Notes: generated by a model not told the origin, from the sequence alone. Numbered from the stretch's first letter, positions 1 through 11,292 are shown. The stretch is DNA of 64,000 nt from Alloascoidea hylecoeti (GCA_001600815.1 BCKZ01000021.1:1-64000), one strand, 5' to 3'. Translations and numbers: made by a program.

Positions 1-91
1 CTTATTTTATACTAACTATTTCAAACTTATTTTATTATTTTTATTATTTATTTTTTACTATATTTTGTATAAAATTCTAAAATAGCGAGAA

Positions 92-245
92 TGTTGAAAC
101 TATATTTAGAATTATATAATTATCTTATTTATATAGAATACATAGTAAAAAGAAATATAAAAAGAGAAGAAATCCTCCTCAGGATTTCTTTCTCTACCCT
201 TTATCTTATTCATATTCTTAACTATTAAAAGTTAAAAGTTTTATA
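92..245 (+). repeat. 3' LTR, family A (about 155 bp)
   Basis: Starts TGTTGAAAC after purine run GAGAA; similar copy at 1979-2144; contains TATAAAA and hairpin AAGAAATCCT-cctc-AGGATTTCTT. Confidence 0.8.
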
Positions 246-535
246 GTGAAGGCACGAAAAATGGTTTATTTATCAGAAATTTCTTACAAGAAATGAATCT
301 TAAAATGGAACCGTTGAAAGTAATTAATGATAACATGAGTGCCATATCATCAGCAGATCACTACACTTCAAAGAATAAGCATATAAACATAAAAGTATTC
401 TTTACACGTGAACTGGTAGATAAAAAGGAAATACAATTATTTTATGTACAATCAGAAAATAACTTGGCTGATACTTTAACCAAAAGTTTAGACAAAAATG
501 CCTTCTTTAAACTTACAAATCAAATTATTAACTAA
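246..535 (+). pseudogene. Copia RNase H 3' fragment, 5'-truncated at the LTR junction
   Basis: EGTKNGLFIRNFLQEM...KHINIKVFFTRELV...NLADTLTK; near-identical to 3478-3767. Confidence 0.9.
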
Positions 536-826
536 TTACTCTTTATCTATTAATTTTATTTTATTACTGTTTTTATCTTATCAAAATTATCTTACTGTTA
601 TTACTAATTTTATCTTATTACTATTTATCTTATTAAGAATGAAAAACTATTATCTTATTTTTATTACTACACAAAATTATCTTATTAAGAATTAAAAATT
701 ATTATCTTATTGTTATCTTTATTTTATTATTATTCAAAATTATCTTATTTTATCATTATCTTATTAACGCCCATTTTTCTTTAACTACATTTATATTATT
801 TAATCATTTTTGAATATTAAAAAGAA

Positions 827-994
827 TGTTAAAAAATAATATTCAACAATAAANTAAATATTAAATAAACTATATAGATATATAAGAAAAATGAATATAA
901 AAGAGACTAAATCCTCCTCAGGATTTAGATCTCTATCCTGTTTATCTTATTACCATCTCTTACTACTAAAAGTGAAAAATTTACAAAATTAATA
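827..994 (+). repeat. 3' LTR, family B (about 170 bp)
   Basis: TGTTAAAA...TTAATA after purine tract AAAAAGAA; near-identical copy at 4065-4236; hairpin CTAAATCCT-cctc-AGGATTTAG. Confidence 0.8.
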
Positions 995-1176
995 GCTGAT
1001 CACTACTGTAACCGATCGAAGCATATTGAAATTAAATGGTTCTTTACTAGGGAATTGGTTGAAAGAAAAGAAATTGAATTATTTTATATTCAAACGACCA
1101 AAACATTTCAGATCCTTTAACCAAAAATCTGAACAAAATACAATTCCAAAAACTTATGAATCCCCTTATTAATTAA
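995..1176 (+). pseudogene. Copia RNase H C-terminal fragment of a second family
   Basis: ADHYCNRSKHIEIKWFFTRELVERKEIELFYIQT, frameshift, then DPLTKNLNKIQFQKLMNPLIN*. Confidence 0.85.
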
Positions 1177-1379
1177 AAACTAAAATCATTTATCTTATTT
1201 CTTATATTTTACTCTTTATCTTATACTTATATTAAGCTTATTTTATCATTACTTATTTTTATCTTATACTTATGATATTTATATTTTGTTATTCTTCAAT
1301 CTATCTTATTAAAAGAATCTTATTTTAATTCAAACTTATACTGCTTATTTTATATTCTTATTAAAATTAAACAAAATTG

Positions 1380-1382
<3 letters not shown>

Positions 1383-1477
<95 letters not shown>

Positions 1478-1837
1478 NNNNNNNNNNNNNNNNNNNNNNN
1501 NNNNNNNNNNNNNNNNNNNNNNNNNNNNNNNNNNNNNNNNNNNNNNNNNNNNNNNNNNNNNNNNNNNNNNNNNNNNNNNNNNNNNNNNNNNNNNNNNNNN
1601 NNNNNNNNNNNNNNNNNNNNNNNNNNNNNNNNNNNNNNNNNNNNNNNNNNNNNNNNNNNNNNNNNNNNNNNNNNNNNNNNNNNNNNNNNNNNNNNNNNNN
1701 NNNNNNNNNNNNNNNNNNNNNNNNNNNNNNNNNNNNNNNNNNNNNNNNNNNNNNNNNNNNNNNNNNNNNNNNNNNNNNNNNNNNNNNNNNNNNNNNNNNN
1801 NNNNNNNNNNNNNNNNNNNNNNNNNNNNNNNNNNNNN

Positions 1838-1931
<94 letters not shown>
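1383..1931. repeat. (TTA)n microsatellite spanning an assembly gap (Ns at about 1478-1837)
   Basis: Perfect TTA repeats on both sides of the N run. Confidence 0.97.
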
Positions 1932-1933
<2 letters not shown>

Positions 1934-1978
1934 TTATTGATTACTTTACAATTTGCATATGCCTTAAAATACTGAGAA

Positions 1979-2144
1979 TGTTGAAACTATATTTAACAAC
2001 ATATGCAAATTAATAATATCTTAATTTATATAAGTTAGATAGTTAAAAAGTAATATAAAAAGAGAAGAAATCCACCTCAGGATTTCTTTCTCTATCCTTT
2101 ATCTAATTCATATTCTTAACTATTAAAAGTTAAAAGTTTTTTAA
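1979..2144 (+). repeat. 3' LTR, family A, second copy
   Basis: GAGAA-TGTTGAAACTATATTTA start and 3' part match 92-245. Confidence 0.8.
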
Positions 2145-3767
2145 GCCATGCAAATGGAATTACAATCACTAAGAGATCATGAAGTATATACTGAATCAAA
2201 AGAAAAGGTACCAGAAGAAGACATAATAAGATCAAAATGGGTATTTACATTAAAAAACATAAAAGGTCTACCTGTCTATAAAGCACGTCTGGTATGCAAG
2301 GGCTTTACTCAAATGAAGGGTATCAATTTTAATACCACATATTCACCAGTCTCTTCATATGACAGTTTTCGTACTCTTCTTGCCATTCACACTCAACATC
2401 CAGAACATGTAATGGTCCAAATAGATGTTAAAACAACTTTTCTACACTCTAAATTATCTGAAACTATCTTTGTTAAGCCACCCCCTGGTTCTCGTGCTAC
2501 CCCTGGCTCTCTTTGGAAATTACACAAAAGGGGTTTGAAACAATCTCCAGCCAATTTCTTCAACACATTCTCCAAAGTACTAAAACTTATTGGTCTCAAT
2601 CAATCTACCATTGAACCATGTACATTTTACAATACTCAGGTTAAGATGATCATCTATGTTGACGACGGTATGTTATTCGGTCCAAAAACCGAAATTGATC
2701 AAATTCTAAAAAGACTGAATATATATTTTGAACTGAGTGATTAAGATCTTGCTTAGTATAACTTTTTGATATTCATTCACTTTTTCTTTATCTAGTTTTT
2801 CAGATTTTTCTTCAAAAGGATCATAATCAGTTGGTAGAGGAGTCTTATGTTTAAAATTCAGTTGGATTTGATCATGTTCTTGTTTAACTTTTTCCAAATA
2901 GTCTTTCAAACTGAGTTTGATTGAACCTCCCTTCAATTTGAACAAGAACATGATCAAATCCAACTAAATTTTAAACATAAGACTCCTCTACCAATTGACT
3001 ATGATCCTTTTGAAGAAAAATCTGAAAAATTAAATGAAGAAAAATTGAATGAATATCAAAAAATTATGGATATTATGAATTATACAGTATCAACTGTTAG
3101 AATGGACATTGCTTATGCTAGCTCAATGCTATCTAGAAAACTTAAGAGTCCTACTAAGCAAGATCTTAAAATGAGTTATAGAGTTCTAAATTACTTAATC
3201 AATACAAAAGAATTTGGAATTACATACAAGAATAATCAAGAACTTAATCTACCAATAACACAAGAATTATTCATGAGAGAAAAGAAGCCTCAAAATTTAT
3301 CATTACCTGAAAATAATGAAATTAAAGTTGTGACTGATGCAAGCTGGGCTGATAATAAATCATATCACTCAAATTATGGTTATATGACCTTTATCAACAA
3401 TAATATGATAAGTTTTAAAGCTAAGAAAATAAGGAATATTACTCTCTCTACCAGTGAATCTGAGCTTGTTGGAATCTGTGAAGGTACAAAAAATGGTTTA
3501 TTTATCAGAAATTTCTTACAAGAAATGAATCTTAAAATGGAACCGTTGAAAGTAATTAATGATAACATGAGTGCCATATCATCAGCAGATCACTACACAT
3601 CAAAGAATAAGCATATAAACTTAAAAGTTTTTTTTACATGTGAGTTGGTAGATAAAAAGGAAATACAATTATTTTATGTACAATCAGAAAATAATTTGGC
3701 AGATCCTTTAACCAAGAATCTAGACAAGAATGCTTTTTTTAAACTTACAAATCAAATTATTAATTAA
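2145..3767 (+). pseudogene. Copia RT-RNase H remnant interrupted by an inverted segment (about 2744-2935)
   Basis: SKWVFTLK, YKARLVCKGFTQ, IYVDDG, then RMDIAYA, TDASWAD, LSTSESE, KHINLK. Confidence 0.92.
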
Positions 3768-4064
3768 TGATTCTTTATTTTAAAATCTACTGATCTTATC
3801 TTATCACTTTCCTTATCTTATTAGAATTATTTTATTACAAGAATTTTAAATTATTATCTTATTGCTATTACTCTTATATTTATAAATATTCAAAATTATC
3901 TTATTAAGAATTAAAAATTATTATCTTATTGTTATTACTCTTTTATATTTATTTTATTAATATTCAAAATTATCTTATTATATCATTATTTTATTAATGC
4001 CCATTTTTCTTTAACTACATCTATATTATTTAATTATTTTTTGAATGTCACATATTAAAAAGAA

Positions 4065-4236
4065 TGTTAAAAAATAATATTCAACAACAAAATAAATATT
4101 ATTAAATAAACTATATAGATATATAAGAAAAATGAATATAAAAAGGACTAAATCCTCCTCAGGATTTAGATCTCTATCCTGTTTATCTTATTACCATCTC
4201 TTACTACTAAAAAGTGAAAAATTTACAAAATTAATA
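4065..4236 (+). repeat. 3' LTR, family B, second copy
   Basis: Near-identical to 827-994. Confidence 0.8.
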
Positions 4237-5217
4237 CGGACAGCACTTTGTTGATATTTATGCACCCGTTTGTTCATATGAAACTTTAAGGTTTATTTTG
4301 AATTTCACCGTACAGAATGATTGGCAACTTTGTCAGTTTGATGTTTCAAATACTTTTTTGCATGGTGATATCGATTATGAAGTTTTCATGGAACCTCCTG
4401 ACGTATCTCATATTAACAAAGACAAATTATGGAAAGTCAAGAAAGCTGTTTATGGTCTGCGTCAAAGTCCTAATCTCTGGTTTGAAACTCTTGCTTCTAC
4501 TCTTAAGGAAATGGGGTTTACACAAAGTGATCTAGAACCCTGTCTATTTAGCAAAGTCGATAGTCTTATTCCAGTTTATGTGGATGACTCTTTCATTGCT
4601 GCTCCCAATAGTCAAATATTGAATGATATCAAATCAAGAATCAAGCAGAAGTTTCCTATTAAAGACCTTGGTTTCCCTAGCACCTTTTTAGGTATGTCAA
4701 TACCAGAACCTCTTCCGGTGGAATCAAACTATCTCTTAAGGATTTTCTTACTAAACTTGAAAGTGATTACCAAATTGTTAAAGGTAAACAGTTGCTTACT
4801 CCTTTAGTTAAAGGTTTCAATCCATATGAGTCCTCAAAACCTTTGGAAACTAAAGACATCAAAAAATATCAATCAACTGTTGGAGTTATCAATTTCATTT
4901 CAAATACCGCTAGACCTGATGTTTCTTTTGCTGCTTCACTTTCATCACGGCTTCTTGTTACTCCCAACGTTATTCATCTTAAGGTTGCTTATAGAGTACT
5001 CCAATATCTTGTTCAAAGTAAGGAAAAGGGAATCTGTTATGAAAAGAACTCACCATCTTTACCCTATAAAGACTTTAGATACTTAGACACAACCAAGAAC
5101 GTTTCTATTGTTGACTATCCTAGACTTGGCAAATACACTATCACTGCTGTTTCTGATTCTGATCATGCTGCTGACGTCAATGACCGTCTCAAACTGGTCT
5201 ATATTTTAAGAATTTAA
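4237..5217 (+). pseudogene. Copia RT remnant of a third family, frameshifted
   Basis: YAPVCSYET, QFDVSNTFLHG, YGLRQSP, VYVDDS, frameshift near 4695, then TARPDVSFA and SDSDHAAD. Confidence 0.9.
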
Positions 5218-5301
5218 TGGAAGAACTCAAGTTAGATGTGTCTTATATTGATTTAGTAAGTGATAACAGATCTGCGTTAATCCTGGTCGCACATAAGTAT
5301 A

Positions 5302-5560
5302 ATCATTCAATATTTGATTATTGGGAGCAGCAATGAAAGAGTCATCCACATAAACTGGAATAAGACTATCGACTTTGCTAAATAGACAGGGTTCTAGATC
5401 ACTTTGTGTAAACCCCATTTCCTTAAGAGTAGAAGCAAGATTTTCAAACCAGAGATTAGGACTTTGACGCAGACCATAAACAGCTTTCTTGACTTTCCAT
5501 AATCTGTCTTTGTTAATATGAGATCCGTCAGGAGGTTCCATGAAAACTTCATAATCGATA
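5302..5560 (-). repeat. Inverted duplicate of RT segment 4369-4627
   Basis: Minus-strand translation differs from the plus copy at only four residues. Confidence 0.93.
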
Positions 5561-5569
5561 GATCGTACA

Positions 5570-5840
5570 AGCAATCATGGATACATAACTTTTCTAGAAA
5601 ATAACATAATAAGCTGGAAAAGTCAAAAAATATCTTCAATAAATCTTAGTAGCTAATATATCAGCTAATAAAATAAATGTTATAAATGACAATCAATCTG
5701 CTTTAATTATGAGTGCTCATAGTACAGGTAGAAATAAGCACATTGAATTAAAGTTCTTTTTCACACGACAACTTATAAATAAAGCTTCACTATATCCAAA
5801 CACAACTACTTATATTATGAACAAAATTATGAATTAAAAT
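5570..5840 (+). pseudogene. Degenerate copia RNase H fragment
   Basis: SNHGYITFLENNIISWKSQK and GRNKHIELKFFFTRQLI separated by deletions; followed by a TATCTTA-rich UTR and an LTR-like relic at about 6150-6240. Confidence 0.75.
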
Positions 5841-6244
5841 TATTATTTATTTTTAAGAAATGTTATCTTAATTGGTTTTCTTATCTTATCAATCCTTTGT
5901 TTTATTTTATTTCATACTTATTTTTATCTTATAAAATCATTGTTATTTATTTAAAAATCTCTTAAAACTTATCTCAATATATTTTTGTTCTTTAAATGTT
6001 AATTTTACTCATCTTCTTATTTTAGTTATATTTATCTTAAAATACTTATTTTTCTTATATTATATCTTATCTCAAAATGCTTATCTCAAATATCTCAAAG
6101 TTTATGTTATTTATTCCATAACACTTATTTTATATTTATTAAAAAAAAAATTGTCAGATTTAGTTCTCTACCCTTTTTATCTTTTTCTTAATACAATTTT
6201 TATATTACTATATTTACAACTAATTACAACTTACAAATTTTCTC

Positions 6245-7340
6245 AATCTGTCACAGTTTGATGTCTCCACTGCCTTTCTGAATTCAGATATACATCACAC
6301 GGTTTCTGTTAGACCACCGGGTGTTCCTGTTTCTTCCGGAAAAGTCTGGCTATGTAATCGTACCATTTATGGACTTCGTCAAACGCCAAAAGAATGGTAT
6401 GAGACATTAAAATCTGCACTTGCCAAGTTTAATCTTATTTCAACAATTGTAGATCCGTGTTTCCTTTATAAACCCGGTACAAATATCAGGGTTCTTATCT
6501 ATGTAGACGATGGATTAATCTGTGCTAATTATTTGGATACTATTAAGATTCAGAACTGTCTATCAGAAGTATTCAAGGTTGAATATATAGGTTTTCCAAA
6601 AATGTTCTTAAGTATGGATTTTAGGGATAATACTTCAAATTCATTAAAAATATCTTTAGAATAGCACACCAAAAAGATACAAGAAGAAAAGAAGTTATAG
6701 GACATGAAGGTATATAAAAATCCATTACCTGATAATTATAATCCCAGAACAGAATCAAAACTATTAACAATAGACAAAATTAAGATTTACCAACAATTGA
6801 TTGGTATTCTAAACTATATGGTTAACACTGTTAGAGTAGATCTTTGTTTATACTTGCTCAAAAACTTGCTACTCCTACTGAATCTAATTTAAGAATGGCT
6901 TATAAACTTTTGAGGTATGCAACCTGGGCTGATGACACAGAAAATAGGAAATCACAATATGGATTTCTAATGTTGTTGAACAGAAATTTAATATCATTTA
7001 AATCAAAGAAATTGGATAACATAACTTTAAGCACTTGTGAATCTGAATTTGTGCATTATCAGATGCTCTTAAACATACATTAGGTATAAAGAATCTATTT
7101 ATGGAACTGGAAATGATAAATATAAAAATCAATGGAATTAATGACAATATTTCTGATCCACAAATTGGTTTAAGAAAAATCAAACACATTGATTTAAGAT
7201 ACTTATTTATATTAGAAAAAATAATATTAGGTATAATGACCTTATTTTATATCAACACAAATAATAACTTAAGTGACTTTTTAACTAAGCCATTAGGTCA
7301 TATCAGATTTCAAGAATTAACTTCCAACCTAATATATTAA
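6245..7340 (+). pseudogene. Heavily degenerate copia RT-RNase H (outermost element)
   Basis: QFDVSTAFL, IYGLRQTPKEW, LIYVDDG, TVRVDL, WADD, STCESE, KHIDLRY, NLSDFLTK in several frames. Confidence 0.88.
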
Positions 7341-7783
7341 ATGAATTATTATATTTAACTATGAGATTTAAAAATACTTTTATTTTATTCTACTTTGTTG
7401 TGGTTCCAATTCATTTTAAGCTACTCATTTTTTAAAGAATTATAACAAAATTTTCTAAATAAACTTTTCATTATATTAAAGGCATTTAAAACGAATTCAA
7501 ATTATTTTATTTATAAAAATTTATATCTACTTTTAAGCATTTCATATTATTTATTGTTATCTGCTATTATTTTATTTTACATACTGTTTTTATCTTTTAC
7601 ACTTTATGTTATTATCAAATCTTCAAATTAAAATCTTTCTTTTATTTTTATTAAAACCTTATTTTCATTAAACATATACTTTCAATGATTATTTTGAAGA
7701 AACAAATATTTATATTTAAAAACATATTTTATTTTATTAATTGTTAATTTCATTCATGTTTTATTATCAGAATTATAAGAGGA

Positions 7784-7946
7784 TGTTGAAATATTGTACC
7801 AAACAATGTTTCATAATTCACTAATAATACATAATAAGAGATACCAATTTTATATAGTTAGATAGCTAAATTTCAGTCTAAAAGAAGAGTCGAATCCTGA
7901 TTTGAATTTGTCACTTTACCCTTTTTATTTTTACTTTACTTCCACA
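7784..7946 (+). repeat. 3' LTR, family C, closing the cluster
   Basis: Polypurine tract AAGAGGA followed by TGTTGAAA...TCCACA; 3' part (TACCCTTTTTAT) resembles family A; right end approximate. Confidence 0.6.
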
Positions 7947-8499
7947 GTACTATTGTTAAGATTTGAAAAAGTATATGCGCCAAGCCTTTAAATCAAAAAA
8001 TATTTATATTATATGGAACTCTGAGTCTCTGAATTTTATGGTATAGACTAAAGAAGGCCATGCCTCAGTGTATATATGGGTAGAGTAGTTGGGTGTCCTA
8101 GTGGGTGTTATAAAACCGCCAATATTTTGTTGGGTAAGAAAAACTGCTAAATCCAAGTTTTACCCGACTGTTGTAGTGTACCACATAGTCGAGTGAAATT
8201 ACTATACCTGTACAATCTCCTGAGTCGCAACAATGTTAAAATGTAGAATATTTACTATCGTTTATAAAGATTGAGCTTAATAACAGATCTTACAATTGAA
8301 AGAGCGAATGAAAAAAAACACTTCAACGATATTTAAAACGAATAAACTAATCAATACGTACAAAAATAACTATTAAACTTCTCTTTAAAAAATTTAATAA
8401 AAAATATAACAATAATTGTTCGCATTCTTCTTTGTTTATGAGATCCAAGTAACATCGGCTATACTGTTTTTATACCAGTAATAACTCACTATAGATTAC

Positions 8500-9854
8500 T
8501 TAAGCTCCTTGATATAATGCATAAGATAAGTTAAGTGGCCTATTACCATACTCATATCCAGCAAATTTACCAATAGCAAGTTCCGCAGTAGATTGAGTAT
8601 CGAATTTAACGACACCAGAACCAGCAGACCTCCCATTTGACTCATATTTAATTTGAGCTCTTTCAACTTTACCAACTATTTCAAAAAGATCAATTAAATC
8701 CTGATTTGTAGTTGACCAGGGTAGATTACCAACAAAAATAGTATCACTAGGCTCCCCATTACCTTTAATGCCATCAGTGAATGGATCTGCGGGTACTCTT
8801 TGAGATGAAGGATGAGAAGGAGCGTGGGTATTAGAAGTAAAATTGTGAGAATCTGCAAATCTATCCTCTCTAACTTCAATTGCTCTACCATTTAACTCAT
8901 AACCATTAAATAAAGAAATAGCATTTTGAGCATCAGCTGGGGATTCAAAAATTACAATTCCATTTCCCTTTGAACGACCATCGGGTAAAGTTTTAACATC
9001 AGCACGAGCAATACTTCCTGCTTCACGAAATAAATCTTTTAATTCTTTCCAACCAACACTATATGGAAGATTTCCAACAAACAATTGAGTACCTTTTTCT
9101 TTAGGCTTCTCGGATCTAAATCCGGTATTGGATCTGGTGTTGGAAGATGCAGCATGTCTTGGGACACGATCCTTAAAATTTAAAATACTGTAAGAAATTA
9201 TATAACGGCGATCAAAAAATCAAACAAACAGACTTACTTCACGAATAAAGATTTGACGACCTAACAATTCAGTATTTGAAAGGGTTTCAATGGCATTTTT
9301 TGCTTCTTCAGCTGTAGCATATTCAACAATTCTGTATGATAATTAGATCATTACTCAGATTCCAACTCATATAACTAACACAATGAAATTCGATTTCAGA
9401 TCACTTACCCACAGCCCTAAATAAAAGCATTTTTAATATATATTCGTAACGAAACAAGCAAGACTGTATAAAACACATACCTTTGATCTCCCGTTGAAAG
9501 TTTTCAACACATCAGCAAAAACAACTTCCCCAGCTTGGGCAATATATACATTAGTATTTATGATATTAGAGTAGTTAGGATAAAGCATACCTTGTCTCAT
9601 ATAATCTTTGAGATCCGTCCATCTAACCTCATAAGACAAATTTCCAACATAAACTCTCTTGTCTTGTTCACCTTCAGCACTCTTTTCGACGACCCCGGAA
9701 GGAGACTTAATTCACGGTTAGACATCAGAAGACTCGTTTAAGAGAAACCAACAAAAATTGAACCATACCTCTCCATTAAATTCAGCTACAATAATCAAAA
9801 CGTTAGGATCAATTCAGCAAAGGTAACAAGCAAGAGAACAATTAGCTTACACAT
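8500..9854 (-). CDS. GBP2: Three-RRM poly(A)+ RNA / G-strand binding protein Gbp2/Hrb1, 7 exons
   Basis: Spliced model MSEFNGESPSG...[26 protein letters not shown]...SKGCGIVEY...[18 protein letters not shown]...FVGNLPWST; six GT-AG introns keep the frame. Confidence 0.88.
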
Positions 9855-10277
9855 CGTAAAAACACCTCACACTTCTACCCGTAATAATATTAATGAATTT
9901 ATATTCAATTGAACGTCAAACCGGCGAAGTCATTTTATCCCATCCAGCACGTGCTATAATCGTGGAATAGGGAACTAGAAGGTTTGATCCCTCCAAATTC
10001 CAAACCAGATAATAAGTACTGACGTTTGACCAAGGCCATGGGCGTGCAGCTATGAGTAGATCACCAGGCCAATGGACCAACGGACGATAGGACATGGGCT
10101 GCCGAGACAAGAGTGAACATACCCTTTTCTAATCACAGTTGAACCAACAAAACAGCAACAGGGGACTTTTGGAAGTGTGATGATAAATCGACAATGCAAC
10201 CCCAAATAGCATCTTCTACGCTTATGGCATAAGTGAGGTGGACGTCATACATCACATCACATAATATTATTTATTAC

Positions 10278-11292
10278 CTAATTAGGAGCAGGCAAAACAT
10301 GTCTCCGTTCAACTTCTGTCTCTTTCCCTTCTTCTTCCTCTCCTTCAAATCGTAGGCGACATCGCCCATCTCTCTGTATATATAATTAGTATGTTTACAA
10401 ATCAAACACTACGAATAACAGTAACATACTTTTGTGCCCATCACCTCCGCAGGGTAGAATGTAGTCGTTTCTGGGTATCTGGCCAATACTCGCGAACCGA
10501 ACGAGTAACTAGGAAGGTTAGCAGAGCGACTTGGAATTAGAATAACATCTGCAGCAGTAGCTTTGTAAGACTGTCCAGGATTGTTGTTTTCATCTGGTTC
10601 TGGATCCTGCACTTCAAACCTGCAATCGACAAAAGATTAGAGATAGCACACCATTCAAAATATATTCACCCATAACATACTTCGTACCATCACCATATAT
10701 TCTGGTCACTTCGCACTGAATCCATTCATCGCTTGCGCCTCGTTGACCTTTTAGTTTGAAAGCAACCTCTGACCCCACAAGAATGGGGTCTGAAGGATTG
10801 TATGGGCTACTGTTGAAACTACAACAATTCATAATTGGTTAGTATCATGAGCCTTAAAATTTAAATTCATTACACACCTTCTGCCTCTTTTGGCCGTTTT
10901 AGGTTCCGTATCAATCGCCTTGCGTTTCCGATTCTTTGTGTATTCTGATAATGTCTGGTGGTTATTTGCTTTGCCTTGTCCAGTTTGTCGGTTTGTTAGC
11001 GCAGAAACGCTATCCAAAGCTGATATGAGAAGTCTTGATTTTATTGTTAATACGTTTTTGTTTTTCTGGTCAAATAAACAAAGTAAATAGCATACTTTCT
11101 AGATTCACGAGCCAGTTTCAATTGTCTTATTAGACGTGCCTTTTCTTCTTCGATTGATTTTCTAGAGTCCATTCTCTCGTCGATATGCATCGTATAGTTG
11201 GACGCTATCTCGATGCAGCACAGACTATGAAGGGTTCCAATGACGTGATTCCAAAGATCTGCTTCTGTTTCTGATTCTACGGATTTTGACAT
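10278..11292 (-). CDS. SGF29: SAGA subunit Sgf29 (tandem Tudor), multi-exon
   Basis: GSEVAFK...EWIQCEV, VQDPEPDE, VLARYPETTTFYPAEV, RFEGEEEEGKETEVERRHVL. Confidence 0.92.

Larger units (their letters stand above)
1..7946 (+). mobile_element. Cluster of nested, decayed Ty1/copia LTR retrotransposon fragments (candidate centromeric/pericentromeric nest)
   Basis: Repeated copia RT motifs (KARLVCKGF, DVxTAFL, YGLxQSP, YVDD) and RNase H motifs (DASWAD, STxESE, KHIxxK/RY, NLADxLTK), each unit followed by an AT-rich UTR and a TGTT-starting LTR; many stops and frameshifts; no host genes. Confidence 0.95.

Noticed and set aside
405..410. CACGTG as CDEI of a point centromere
   Set aside because: Lies in RNase H coding sequence (FTRE), is CATGTG in the paralogous copy, and has no convincing CDEIII
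1377..1940. 187-aa poly-L/X/poly-Y ORF
   Set aside because: Artefact of the TTA microsatellite and the N gap
1..7946. CRISPR-like or telomeric retrotransposon array
   Set aside because: The repeats are LTRs separated by copia coding fragments; no telomeric repeats or poly(A) tails; the neighbouring genes are centromere-linked homologues
9916..10260. GC-richer stretch with a 64-aa ORF or possible snoRNA upstream of GBP2
   Set aside because: No complete C/D or H/ACA architecture found; contains promoter-type motifs (CACGTG, GACGTCA), so treated as regulatory DNA
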